Source of the DNA: Octopus sinensis
Lineage: Eukaryota
DNA length: 64,000 nucleotides
Direction: 5' to 3'
NCBI RefSeq assembly: GCF_006345805.1
Contig: NC_043000.1
Coordinates: 67,890,001 to 67,954,000, forward strand
This document shows positions 22,194 through 34,700 of this stretch, piece after piece. How positions within the stretch are numbered: the first letter of the stretch is position 1; each line of letters begins with the position of its first letter. The notes beneath the pieces are model-generated. The model ran no database searches and was not told where the DNA came from. It was given only the letters and a program-made list of their open reading frames with translations. A program made the translations under genes and the position numbers.

Positions 22194-24450
22194 ATCAGAG
22201 TAAGTGACAGAATACTTAAGATTAGAATAGTGCTTCATCATAGATTAGCAACCATTATATCGGCCTATGCCCCTCAGCCAGGGCTACCCGATGGACAGAA
22301 AGACAGTTTCTATGACACCGTACTGCAGACCACCTCATTGACGAACGACAGGGACCTTCTCTTTGTGGCTGGTGATTTCAATGGGCATGTTGGACGACAT
22401 GCTGGGGGCTTCCATGGGGTACATGGAGGCTACGGTTATGGTTCCCGCAACGAGGAGGGAACCAGGCTGCTGGAGTTCTGCGATGCGAATAGTCTTATGG
22501 TTTGCAACACTAACTTCAGGAAACCGACAAACCACCTTGTCACCTACTGATCGGGCCGGCATACTAGCCAAATCGACTACATCCTTGCCAGAAAAAGGGA
22601 AAGATGGCTGCTTATAAATGCCAAAACCTTCCCAGGCGAAGAATGCACCTCACAACATAGACTGGTAGTTAGTGACTTTAGGATCAGGACTAAGAGGGCG
22701 ACTAGAAGACGACCAACATGGAGAAGAAGGGTCTGGAAGCTTAAAGACCCTGTGAATGGACAGAGATTTAGAGACATGTTACTTGAAGCCTTTGACGAAA
22801 TGGAAGGGGGTATAGCTACACATGGGGTAGAAGACAACTGGACACTTCTGAGGGACTACCTGCTGAAAGCCACTGACCAGATCTGTGGCTGGTTCAAAGT
22901 CCCCTTAAGACCCAAAATAACGTGGTGGTGGAACAATATTGTTGACAGGGCTATTAGACCAAAGAAACAGGCTTGGAAGGACTGGAAGAATGGTGGTAGC
23001 AGGGAAGTGTATCAGACTGCCAGAAGGGAAGCTAGGAGACAGGTCTATCTAGCCAGAGGGGAAGCAGATAAGAAAAAATTTGCCAATGTCCTGCGCCGTG
23101 AGGATGAAAGACTTGAGGTATTTCGTGTTGCAAGACAGTGTGTGAGAGAGAATCGTGACGTGATAGGAGAGAAATGTGTTCGCAAGGATAACAGTTCACT
23201 TGCGCTAAATGAGGATGCAAAGAGAGAGGCTTGGAGACGCCACTATGAAAGGTTGCTGAATGAGGAAAATGAATGGGATAAAGAGAGTCTGCCGAATGTT
23301 GACCCAACAGAGGGACCAGCAATCCGAGTTAACAGTTCCTTAGTAGTTAAGGTAATTACAAGCATGAAAACAGGGAAAGCCCCAGGCCCATCAGGAATTA
23401 CTGCAGAGATGCTCAAAATATCTGGTAGTGTCGGCTATAGCCTAGTCACCCGTATAGTTAACCAGGTGATACACGAAGGAGTCATACCCAATGACTGGTG
23501 TAGCAGCATAATAGTCAACTGCTACAAAGGTAAAGGTGACACTCTAGATACAAATAACTACAGGGGTATCAAGTTGCTGGATCAGGTAATGAAGGTTACG
23601 GAGAGGGTTATAGCCCAATTAATTAGAGAGAGAGTTAGCTTAGATGAGATGCAGTTTGGGTTCGTGCCGGGGAAAAGTACTACTGATGCTATATTCCTGG
23701 TAAGCCCCTGTACCTGGCTTTTGTTGACATGGAGAAAGCCTTTGACATGGTCCCCTGATCCCTTATCTGGTGGTCAATGAGGAAACTAGGGATAGATGAA
23801 TGGTTAGTGAGAGCTGTGCGAGCCATGTACAGAGACACTGCTAGTAAGGTGAGGGTTGGCAACGAGTACAGTGAAGAATTCCGGGTAGAGGTTGGGGTCC
23901 ACCAAGGTTTAGTCCTCAGTCCCCTCCTATTTATCATAGTCCTCCAGGCAATAACGGAGGAATTCAAGACAAGATGCCCCTGGGAGCTCCTCTATGCTGA
24001 TGACCTTGCTCTAATTGCTGAGTCACTATCAGAACTGGAGAAGTTTCAGGTGTGGAAACTTGTTGAGGCAAGTGAAAATCAAACCAAATCAAAATAGATG
24101 AACATCAATGGAATTTGTATCTTTGTGGTACCAGTGCCGGTGGCACATAAGAAAACCATCCGAACGTGGCTGTAGCCAGTACCACATCGACTGGCCTCCA
24201 TGCTGTGGGCACGTAACAAACACCATCCGATCGTGGCCGTTCGCCAGCCTCGTCTGGCACCTGTGTCGGTGGCACATAAAATCACCCACTACACTCTCGG
24301 AGTGGTTGGCGTTAGGAAGGGCATCCAGCTGTAGAAACACTGCCAGATCTGACTGGCCTGGTGCAGCCTTCGGGCTCCCCAGACCCCAGTTGAACCGTCC
24401 AACCCATGCTAGCATGGAAAGCGGACGTTAAACGATGATGATGATGATGA
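22193..24450 (+). mobile_element. 5'-truncated RTE-clade LINE (partial APE, RT, internal deletion, 3' tail)
   Basis: ISAYAPQ...AGDFNGHVG (APE); GKAPGP, NYRGIKLL, QFGFVPGKSTTDAIF, GVHQG.VLSPLLF, LLYADDL (RT). Stop at 22548-22550, deletion/frameshift near 23700, (GAT)n tail. Confidence 0.9.
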
Positions 24451-24999
24451 TATATACAAGCATGAATGCAGGGTTATATGAACATGTAACCACACACATT
24501 CTGTATGAGGATGCAAGGAAACATACATGCACATGAGCATACACAGCATTCAGGTGCACATGCATACATCTACATATGTATATGAATGTGTCTTTAAACA
24601 TGTATATGTCTTATTGGCTGTTGGTGCAAAATGCACTCTTGTTTAGATCACATGATTTTAACCTTTCTTGGTCTTGTCAGTGATGGATGCTTGACCACTA
24701 TGTATGCATATACTTATTTATATATATATGTATGTTTGTATATAAGGATCTATGTGTGTGTGCACACACACATGTAAACTATCATCATTTAACATCCATG
24801 TTCCATGCTGGCATTGGGTGGACAATTTAATAAACTCTGGTGGATCCAAGGATTGCATCACATTCCAGTATCTGTTGTAGCATAGTTTCTAGGACTGGAT
24901 ATCCTTCCTAACGCCACCCATTTTGTAGCATATACCACAACCTCTTATACTGCTTTCACTTGCCAGGGATATCTTCTTGCTGGCTTTGTTCAGTTGCTT

Positions 25000-26270
25000 C
25001 GGTTCCCAACTAATCTTATGGGTAAGGCTCACCGAGGCAATGGCTAGTGACTAGGCTCAGTCACTAGTCATTGCCTCAGTGAGGCCTAGTGTTCGAAGGT
25101 CATACTTCACCACCTCATCACAGGTCTTCCTGGGTCTATCTCTTCCACAGGTTCCCTCAAACACTAGGGTGTGGCACTTTTTCACACAACTATTCTCATC
25201 TATTCTTGCCACATGACCATACCAGCACAGTTGTCTCTCTTGCACAGCACATCTGATGCTTCTTAGGTCCAACTTTTCTCTCAAGGTACTTACATTCTGT
25301 CAAGTATGCACACTGACATTACACATCCAGTGGAACATACTGGCTTCATTCCTTGTGAGCTTACGCATGTCCTCAGCAGTCATGGCCCATGTTTCACTGC
25401 CATGTAGCATGGCTGTTTGTACACGTGTCATACAGTCTACCTTTTACTCTGAGTGAGAAGCCCTTTGTCACTAGCAGAGGTAAGAGCTCTCTGAACTTTG
25501 CCCAGGCTATTCTTATTTATAGCAGCTACACTTTCAGTGCACCCACTGACTTGGTCACCTAGGTAATGGAAGCTATCAACTACTTCTAGTTTTTCTCCTT
25601 GAAATGTGACAGAAGTTGTTCTCTGCACATTTTCAGTGTTTACTGCTCCTGAGCATTTGCCAAATACAAACACTATCTTCCCCGTTAGCCTTCCTTTGAT
25701 ATTGCTACACCTCTTATGTGTCCATAGCTTGTACTGGGTACATCTTATAGAGTTGCTACCTACACCTTTTCTACAGATCAAGCAGGGCCATCTACTTGAA
25801 GGGATTTGTGGTTTGTCTACCTTCCTACTTAGAACTTTGGTTTTAGCTAGGTTAACTCTAAGGCCCTTCAATTCTAATCTTTGCTTCCACCCCTGAAACT
25901 TCTCCTCTAGTTCTGATAGTGTCTCAGCAATTAGATCAACATCGTCAGCATAGAGGAGGTCCCATGGGCATCCTGTCTTGAATTCTTCTGTTATTGCCTG
26001 GAGGACTATGATAAATAGGAGAGGGCTGAGGACTGAACCTTGGTGGACCCCCTACCTCTACCCGGAATTCTTCACTGTACTCGTTGCCAACTCTTACCTT
26101 ACTGACAGTGTCCCTGTACATGGTTTGCACAGCTCACAATAACCATTCATCTATCCCTAGTTTCCTCATTGACCACCAGATAAGGGATCGGGGGACCCTG
26201 TCAAAGGCTTTCTCTATGTCAACCAAAGCCAGGTACAAAGGTTTATCTTTGGCTTTTCCCTGTCATACAT
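25000..26270 (-). mobile_element. RTE-LINE RT/C-terminal remnant
   Basis: YRDTVSKVRVGNEYSEEF, KGLRVNLAKTK, EVVDSFHYLG, EGTCGRDRPRKT. Confidence 0.85.
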
Positions 26271-26516
26271 GTAGAAAGAGAAGGTCGACTCAAATATTTG
26301 AGATGATAAGCAATCTAGTATAAATATATATTTTTGTAGAGCAAACTTACTCAGTTTACATAGACTCAAAGAATTAGAAGGGAGAAGGCATTACAAGTGT
26401 GGCAGCTGTTTCTGAGGGCTCAGAGATATTTCATAATGTTAGCACATATAGTTGATAAAAAAAAATTTGCAGCCAGTAACAGAAACAAGCAAACATTGGT
26501 GACCTCCAGAGCCTCC

Positions 26517-26556
<40 letters not shown>

Positions 26557-27583
26557 ACTTGATTGTTTATCATCTGAAATTTTTGAGTCTGCCTTTTTTT
26601 AAAATCTTGTATACATGTTTATATATTTTGTACGTTAAAACCCAAGGTTTTATCTGTTTATTTGAATCATTATCTCCATATCTGCTCACTTGGATTCCAC
26701 TTATAGCCACTCATTACCCTGCTGATGTAGATATCGAAGTGTAAGTTCAAATCATTTGAATGCTACTGAGTATTTTCGATACTGAAATTCTCTTGATTTC
26801 ATCTATTGAAACATATATAAACATTTAAATATCCAGATTTCCATATTTGTTTGAGCTGGACAGAATTTATTGAGACAGATTTTCTATTGCTGGATGCCTA
26901 TTTTGTCACCAATCTTCACTCATTTCCAAGCAAGGTAATGTTTCCTCATGGTCAGACATGTTCTCACAGAATATTGGAAAAGAGTGACACTGATTGTATC
27001 ACTGTGACACTCATTTACACATGATGTCAAACACACACATTCCTCTTTCAGTTTCTAACTACCAAATCCACTCAAGAAAGCTGTGGTCAACCCAGGACTA
27101 TAGCTGCAAAACTCAAAAATAACTATATCTTCTTTTATACAAAAGACTCGAAGCAGCATGTGACTCCTTGTTTTCCCTTCTTCTCAACCATCTTTATTAT
27201 GTTTGTTATACATGTTTAAGTAAATTATATATGCCAAACTCACCTTTAAAATACCAATATAATTTCAGCTAAGCTGTAATATAAGAACACTTATTCTGTG
27301 AAAAAAGTATTGTTATATTTCTACTTTTCATACATATAAACACAGCATTAAATGATTTTTAACTTATGTTTGAAGTTAAACTGGTTTTAATTACACAGCA
27401 TCAAACTAATACACCAGCTTGTTGTTCCCTCACCGGTCTTGTTTTGTTTTCTGTACATTTGAACTAATATATATGTGTGTGTGTGTGAATACTTTGAGCT
27501 GCGCAGATAATACCGGACTGACTTGGTGCTTCAACTTAAGTAACTAATACAGCTGAATCTTAATTATTTCTCTGTGTGTGTGC

Positions 27584-27621
<38 letters not shown>

Positions 27622-27628
27622 TATTTAA

Positions 27629-27847
27629 CCCTTTTGTTACCATATTTCTGTTGAGATGCTCTGTGTTTCTTTCAATTAATTTTAAATATAACAAAGAATT
27701 TAGTAAAATAACTTAATCATTAAGATAGTTTTAAGAACATAAATTGTGACTAAGGTTTGATGGAAGATTTTAATTCAGAACTTTTGAAAACAAGACATTT
27801 GTACTACAGAGCCAGAAGCGGTTTCAGGTGGGTTGGTATCAAAAGGG
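27629..27847. mobile_element. piggyBac-type MITE (TTAA TSD)
   Basis: TTAA-cccttttgttacc ... ggtatcaaaaggg-TTAA (27625-27628; 27848-27851). Confidence 0.8.
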
Positions 27848-28099
27848 TTAATAAAGACAATATGTGTTTTTATATGCTACTATTATTAGTTTCATGTGAT
27901 GAGAGTATGCCATGTAGATTGTTAAACCCAGCAGGAACTAAAATTGGGCTAGTAGTTAAAAAAAAATACTAAGAAACATTAATAATAAAATTAAAGAGAC
28001 CAAGTTTTACTGTAATAGTTTAGTTCAAGAACATTAAGAATAAACATAGGGCTAGTTTTACTCAGTTTGACATAGTGTTATCCCTCCATACCAAGATTG

Positions 28100-29300
28100 C
28101 TACTTGATAAAGCCATCAAGTTTGCTAAATCATGTTGATATAGACCCTGTAAACCTAAGCTTTATCACCATGTGAGGAAAACACTACTGTTTAGTAAGAG
28201 CTCAGCATGGATAAAAATGTTAGATAATGATGAATTGTTTGATGTATCAATGGAATTATGTAATAGTGCTGATGTCTGTGATCTTGTGGGTCTCTGTATT
28301 AAACACATTGAGATCTAATGATGTTGGTCTATACTGAAATGACAAATTGGGTATTTCCCATGGCTGTAATGATCACACCCTAGATAAATTTAGGAGTCAA
28401 CTTACTTCAACCTTCAGTCAATTAGGCCTTAAAATCACAGTTGCTACTAATCAGTCTAAAGTTGATTTTTTAGATGTTTCATTAGTCCTGAACTCCTCTT
28501 ATAAACCTTATCATATGCCCAATGAGAAACTTTTTTATATACATAGCCTTGTCACCCTGTAGAATCTTAAAATCTAATAGCTAACATTAGTAACAGAATT
28601 TCTAACCTTTGTTCCTCTAAAGAAATTTTCAAGAAGGCAGCCACCTACTACAACAGTGCCCTAACTAACCGTGACTTTAAGGATGAATTAATAACCCATC
28701 TAATATTAATAGGAATGATAATAATATGACCTAAGAAAATCCCCCCCTCCATTAATGTAAAAACTAACACAGGTAAAAGATTCTTGTCTCTCCTAGACAA
28801 AACATTTTCCAGAAAATCACAGGTATGGGAAAATATTTAACAGGCATACAGTGAAATTATATAGCTGCTGCCCCAATATGAAAAGCATCATTACATGAGA
28901 ACAACACCAAGATCCCTCTCCCAGTTGTAACTTTCGAGACCCAGGAACCTGTCCACTCAACCAGAGATATATGATTAAATCTGTCATATATGAGGCAGAA
29001 GTTACAGCAATGCAATATCATAACACAATCTTTAAAAAGAGCTATATCAGACTGAAGGCAAATTCAGAAATCACTATGCTAATCACATATCTTCCTTCTG
29101 ACACAAGGACATAAAAAAAAGTAAAGCTAGCAACATATGGGGTTTGAAGTTGAAAAATCCACGCCATATGTTAACAGATCAAAAAATGTAAGCTATGCAT
29201 AGCTGAAAGAACTAGGATCTAAAAACACTAACACACTATTGAATTCTAGATCCAAAATTTTCAGTAGTTGTAAGCATATGGCTAAGTTCCTGTTGATGAA
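28100..29300 (+). mobile_element. Penelope-like element remnant (RT plus GIY-YIG), heavily degraded
   Basis: FDVSM..ADVCDLVGL; TFSQLGLKIT...KVDFLDVSL..YKPY..PN..YIH; NVKTN.GKRFL.LLDK; C....CPL...VIYEAEV. Confidence 0.7.
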
Positions 29301-29935
29301 TTGGAAAGTGCCGCCCTTTCTGGTTTGAACAGGTGTACCACAGACTCTAAGCTGCTATCTTATCAAACTTATATTTTACAGTCAAAGGGAAGAGTACTCT
29401 GATCCCCCTCTCTTTTGCTTCTTTGTTTTCCAATTTTTCAACTTTCTAACTTCTTTCTCGCCGTTTCTCACTTTTTCTTTCATCCTATTGTCCCATTTTC
29501 AGTTATGTCATGTAGTCAGTGCCCGAAGGTTGTGCTAGGACACCAGATGTGTTAAAAAAAATACTGTCTGGCATGTTCTCATCACATGAAACTAATAGTA
29601 GCACATAAAACATTGTTTATTAAATAATATTTATCTCTTACCAGGTAGAGTACTTTTTTTGTGGTCTTACTATCACAGAACAGTACACCATACACACACA
29701 CATAAAATGTTATATATATATATATATATATATATATAACATTTTTCCATTTTCTTCATTAAAATATACAATACCATACATTACTGCTGTGTTAACTAGG
29801 CTCCCTGTTGAAAGGTTACTGGTATATGTAATCTAAGGTACTTCAGTTAAATCTTGTCTTGTGATTTGGACAATCAGTGTTGTGATGTTGCTTTTGTGTA
29901 GTGGTTAGTATGAGTATATAGATGTGCATATATAT

Positions 29936-30268
29936 ATATATTGTATAAAAGATTGTGGGTAAGGCCAAAACAATGCGAAGTAAATGCTAGATAAATCACA
30001 AGAAAACTAATATGTGAATTAAAGTAGACTTACCTTATATTCAGTATTTCGGGGTTATGACCCCATTTTCAGGAAATTGACAAATGTTGCCAATATGCGT
30101 GTGTGTGAGCGCTCACGCACATCAGCAACATTCGTCAATTTCTTGAAAATTTTTGTCATAACCCCAAAATATTGAATACATGATAAGTCTACATTAATTC
30201 ACATATTTGTTTCTTGTGATTTACTTTGCATTGTTTTGGCCTTACCCACAATCTTTTATACAATATAT
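29936..30268. mobile_element. TA-flanked fold-back element (~160-bp arms), probably a Tc1/mariner-type MITE
   Basis: ttgtataaaagattgtgggtaaggccaaaacaatgc... pairs with ...gcattgttttggccttacccacaatcttttatacaa; centre near 30110. Confidence 0.85.
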
Positions 30269-30297
30269 TCTACACAATGCTTCACAGTAATTATTCC

Positions 30298-30328
<31 letters not shown>

Positions 30329-30684
30329 TACACATGGATATGTATGCATATATATGTTAAATTCCATAAATTAGTAAAAAATTTGTGAAGTACAAGATTT
30401 GTTAGAGACTTTATATTATTAAAATGTATGGTATTTATATGTAATTCTGATGAAAAGAAACATTTTCTTCATGGAAGGGGCCCCACTCAAAAAGTTACAT
30501 TTCTTCCTCAATGTGTAAAATATTTTCTCTATTTTAATTTCTACTGCTTCACTATTTATTCTTAAAGTAAGAATTATTTTTCTGTATTGTTTTGTTCTCG
30601 ATTATATGTATATAAATATTTATTTTAAGAATTTTTTAAAGACACATTTTAAGAGTTCTTTTGTGATGTCTTTTTTTTTTCCAG

Positions 30685-31769
30685 AACTTGATAAAATTAG
30701 GCTGCAGAGGCAAGTGTTTTCTATGAAACTGCAAAATCGAGACTTTCGAGACATGATATTCTTACATTACTGTGAGGGAAAAACTGTTGCTGAATCCCAA
30801 GAGGTACTTCATGAAGTATTTCAAGACCAAAGCCCCCCATATTGTACTGTTGAATTTTGGTTTAAAGAATTTGAACAAACTAATGAATGTGCGGATAGCG
30901 AAATTCTTAACACAACTGTCACACCTCAAAACATTGAAGCAGTTAAACTGTTATTAAAAGAAGATTCTAGAGTGACTTATAAAGAGTTAGAAAGTGTATT
31001 GAATATTGGATCAGAAAGTGTTCGATCAATCCTTCATGATTATTTATATGTTCGCAAACTAAATATGTGCTGGGTTCCTCAAATCTTAAGTGAAGAGCAG
31101 AAGTTGGCCAGAATGGAATGGTGTGAGTTTATGCTAAAAAAGTTTCAAAATGGAGCACATCAGAAAATTGAAAATATTGTTCTTGGAGTTGAATTCCAAC
31201 TTTATCAATATACTGAATCTAAAAAGCCATCTACAGTATGGACTTTCCTCGATGAAGATTACTATCTTAAATGGAAACATCCACCAAATGTACAAAAAAA
31301 AACAATTGTAAATTTTTTTAGTAAATCTGGTAACCTTGCTACTATTTTACTCAAAGACAAATCCAAAGTTAATCCTAGTTGGTATTTAACAAAATGTTTA
31401 CCTGAATTATTTGAAAAGATCAAAGAAGTAAGAAAAGATTCTGGACTCCAAGGTATTCTTCTCCATCATAGTAATATAAATGTTCTTACTGCTGCAGTGA
31501 CTATGGACTGTCTTGCTGAGAATAGCATTCAATTAATTACACATCCTGCTCACAGTCCTGATTTATCTCCTTGGGATTATTTTGTATATCCTAAAGTGAA
31601 AAAAGATCTTATTGGAATTAAATTTAACAAGCCTGGAGATGCTCTTAGTGCATTTATTCAAGCTACTATGTTGCTAACCCCTCAAGATTGGATTGAATGC
31701 TTTGAAAGCTGGTTTAAACATATGGAATTATGTGTGGAATCTCAAGGGAACTATTTCAAAGTAACTTGA
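30685..31769 (+). CDS. Domesticated mariner-family transposase exon, catalytically inactive (SETMAR-like transposase domain, no SET domain seen)
   Basis: Intact frame with two HTH regions, WVPQIL and HSPDLSPWD. Triad D/D/D34 is V(31188)/S(31470)/D(31575). Polypyrimidine plus CCAG acceptor at 30671-30684 (phase 1); no TIRs. Confidence 0.85.
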
Positions 31770-34700
31770 CTATATGATTTTTTTTTTTTTTATGCAGAAT
31801 GAAACTAAACATAAATATGTTTAAAAAGGAAAAGAAGTTATGTTTTTTTCAAATTACCTTCTTACCAAATTATTAGATTTTGTTTATGTAAAAAAAATTT
31901 TTCTAAGTGTATTGTAATTGTTAGATTAGTTCATGAATGTCTTTAGAGTTCTTAATGACTTTTTCTGTGATAGTATGTTTTTTTATAATAGAAATATATT
32001 TTTCAGTTGAAGAGGAAAACCTCACTAATTATAGATACTAAATACAATATTAACACTTGAAAATCTGAAAAATACTGAATCATAGGAAAATGTTCAAAGA
32101 AGTTTTAAGTTTAAAAAGAAACCCACTAACTTTGAATCAAATCTTCAATCTCAGTGAATATTCAGAGGCTTATACTGAGCAAAGGAGCTTGTCAGTTATT
32201 ATGAAGGCAGCTGTTTTCTAGCTACTTGAATTACTAGAAAAAACAGCCAAATTTCCATCAAATTGCATACTATACCTTCTTAAAAGCAAAAAGCACATTA
32301 AATACACACTACATCTGAAGTAAAAAAAAAAGATGGGATGGTCACAATTAGAATGCTTTTGATCACAGATCTATTTGCTCAGTTTAGGCTGACCTGAGCT
32401 AAACAACCACAACAATATCATTGTAAAAATATTGGCTATATTATTTATATTAAGCTGTCTTTTAAATTTCATCAATTACATGTCTTCACCTTCATTCAGA
32501 TGCGATATGTGAAACAGGTTCAGGATTTCATACATTGAAAGAATTCTGCTTGTGAAACAAAAACTTACTGGTTCCTTACTGTTTACTTGTGTTTGACTCA
32601 AAACAGCTTGCAGGATGCTTTTGTGATGTTTCAGGTTTTCTGGTTTACAAAAGGAGAAATAAGTACCCTGTTCTCATTGTTTTGTTTTGCTTTTTAATTA
32701 TTTATTTTAATATATATATTTTTTTTTCATGTTGCATGGGTTAAATGGGTTTGCAATATATTTTTCTATTTGTCTCATTTCTGTAAGGCTCCTCAGGTGT
32801 AGCCTAACTAATTCTCAAGTCTTCCTTGGTTTGATTCTAAAATGAATATTCTCCACCATCACTTCACTGCGCTTTCACTCAGCAAGCATCAGTCAGTTAC
32901 ATTAGTATTGACCTATGCTTTGATATGCAGTTATTTTCTCACTTCATGTTTTTTGTACTTCCACTAGATTACAATCAATCATTTCTCTCTCGTCACTGTA
33001 GTTTCTCTGCTTTCACTGCTATACATCTTTTATACAAGCTTGATATAGCCTTGCTCTCATACAGTGAGTAGAAACCTTTATTACCAACAGATATGCCTTC
33101 TCTAATCTCTCTACTTCCAAATTCCAATCACCATGCTGCCATTGACTCTACATGTAGCTCTAATTATATCATCTAGTTAGCAGAACTTATCTATAACTTC
33201 CAGCAAACAATTTAAACTATTCACAGTCCTCAGTGCATCGTAGCTGCTCATACTGTCATTTTCTTTATGTTCTTTTCACTTACACTATTAATTTTATGAT
33301 GTCAGTTCCTGCTAAAATCTCACTACACTTCCTGAATACACAGTATTGTGCTCCTGTACATTTTCTGAATGTCAAAAAATGTTACACTCTTGATTATGAT
33401 TGGAATTTTGTGATCTCTTGTATGAAATAATTAATTTGCTGCCTGTCAGTCTTTTAACTCTAGCCTGAGATAGAGTTGATTGCTTGGTTGCAAAGCCTTC
33501 ATTCTCAAAGTAAATTACTACTGTGACACAAACATATTTTGAAAGTTTCAGTAACTATCATGGAAGATCTTAAGTTCTCCTTATGTCATAAATTGCTCAA
33601 CTGATCTCTGTTGCTGACCATATTCCATTTATATTCCTTTTTCAGCAATTTTGCATGGTGACACTTGCATGCCACTTTCTTTTCTTTGTCTCTGGGAACA
33701 AATTTTTTTTTCCATCCAATCAGGATTCCTCACAATACAGACCTAAACATATCACTCATTTTAGCTTCATACTTTGCAGTATCCAACTATGAGTAATTTT
33801 CTGTCCATTCAGCTGTCTTTCTTTATATAAAAAGCTGTGCTTATCTTGTTTTAGTTTGAACTCATCTAGCATTATTCTGATTTGAGGCACATTCCTTTCC
33901 AGATAAGAAAAAGAAAAAAAATTAGTTCATAATTGTCAAACCCTTAATCAGAAGAATATTAATCAAGATCTCATTCTCACCTAATTGGTGAAAAACCTGT
34001 TTTTTGGCTTGCTCTCAGAGGTTTGTATTACAGACACTGAATTGATTTTCTTCACAGAACTCCAGAAACCTTACGATGCTTAGAATATTGATTGGCAATA
34101 CAACAGGCACCATGATACTCATTAGACATATGTAGGATTAACAAACAGTAGAATTGATTTTATGAGGCTCTAATGAAAGCTAAGCTGTCAAAATAGGACC
34201 ATCATAATCCCAGTTGGAGATTTCATAATAGATATTCAAGTGTTGGTTGATGATTGAAAGCTGCTGAATAAATTTATACATCTTAAAGATAATCTGTAAA
34301 AAATTTCATTTATCATGTAAAACTTGATTCATACTTTTTTTATTTTAAGATTTCAAAGATGCTGCTAAATTTTGAAGCAAAGTCAGTGTTTTTCAGCTTA
34401 AAATATTACACAAAATATATATCTGTTAAAATATATTCAACAAAACATATAACTTAATTTTTTTTTTTTTTACATCACAGATCATGTCTTTTGTAAATAT
34501 TTATACCATGATAGTATTTTTCTAAATTTACTCCATGCAGCTTCTGGTCATCCTTCATAATTCAAGAAAATGTTTTGAATCATTCTTGCTTGCAAACAAT
34601 GTAAGTATAGCAATTAACTGTGAATGGAGCATATGTGCTTCATTGTTGTAATTGTATCACTCATTATAAAAATCATACTTATCTCATTGGAAGAGATGTT

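Noticed and set aside
26700-26745. Possible 34-nt internal exon (ATHYPADVDIEV) between the duplicated exon and the transposase exon
   Set aside because: It would exit in phase 2, which is incompatible with the phase-1 transposase acceptor, and its acceptor is weak.
30606-30684. N-terminal extension MYINIYFKNF... of the 387-aa ORF
   Set aside because: It reads through an AT-rich polypyrimidine tract ending in a canonical CCAG acceptor, so it is more plausibly intron.
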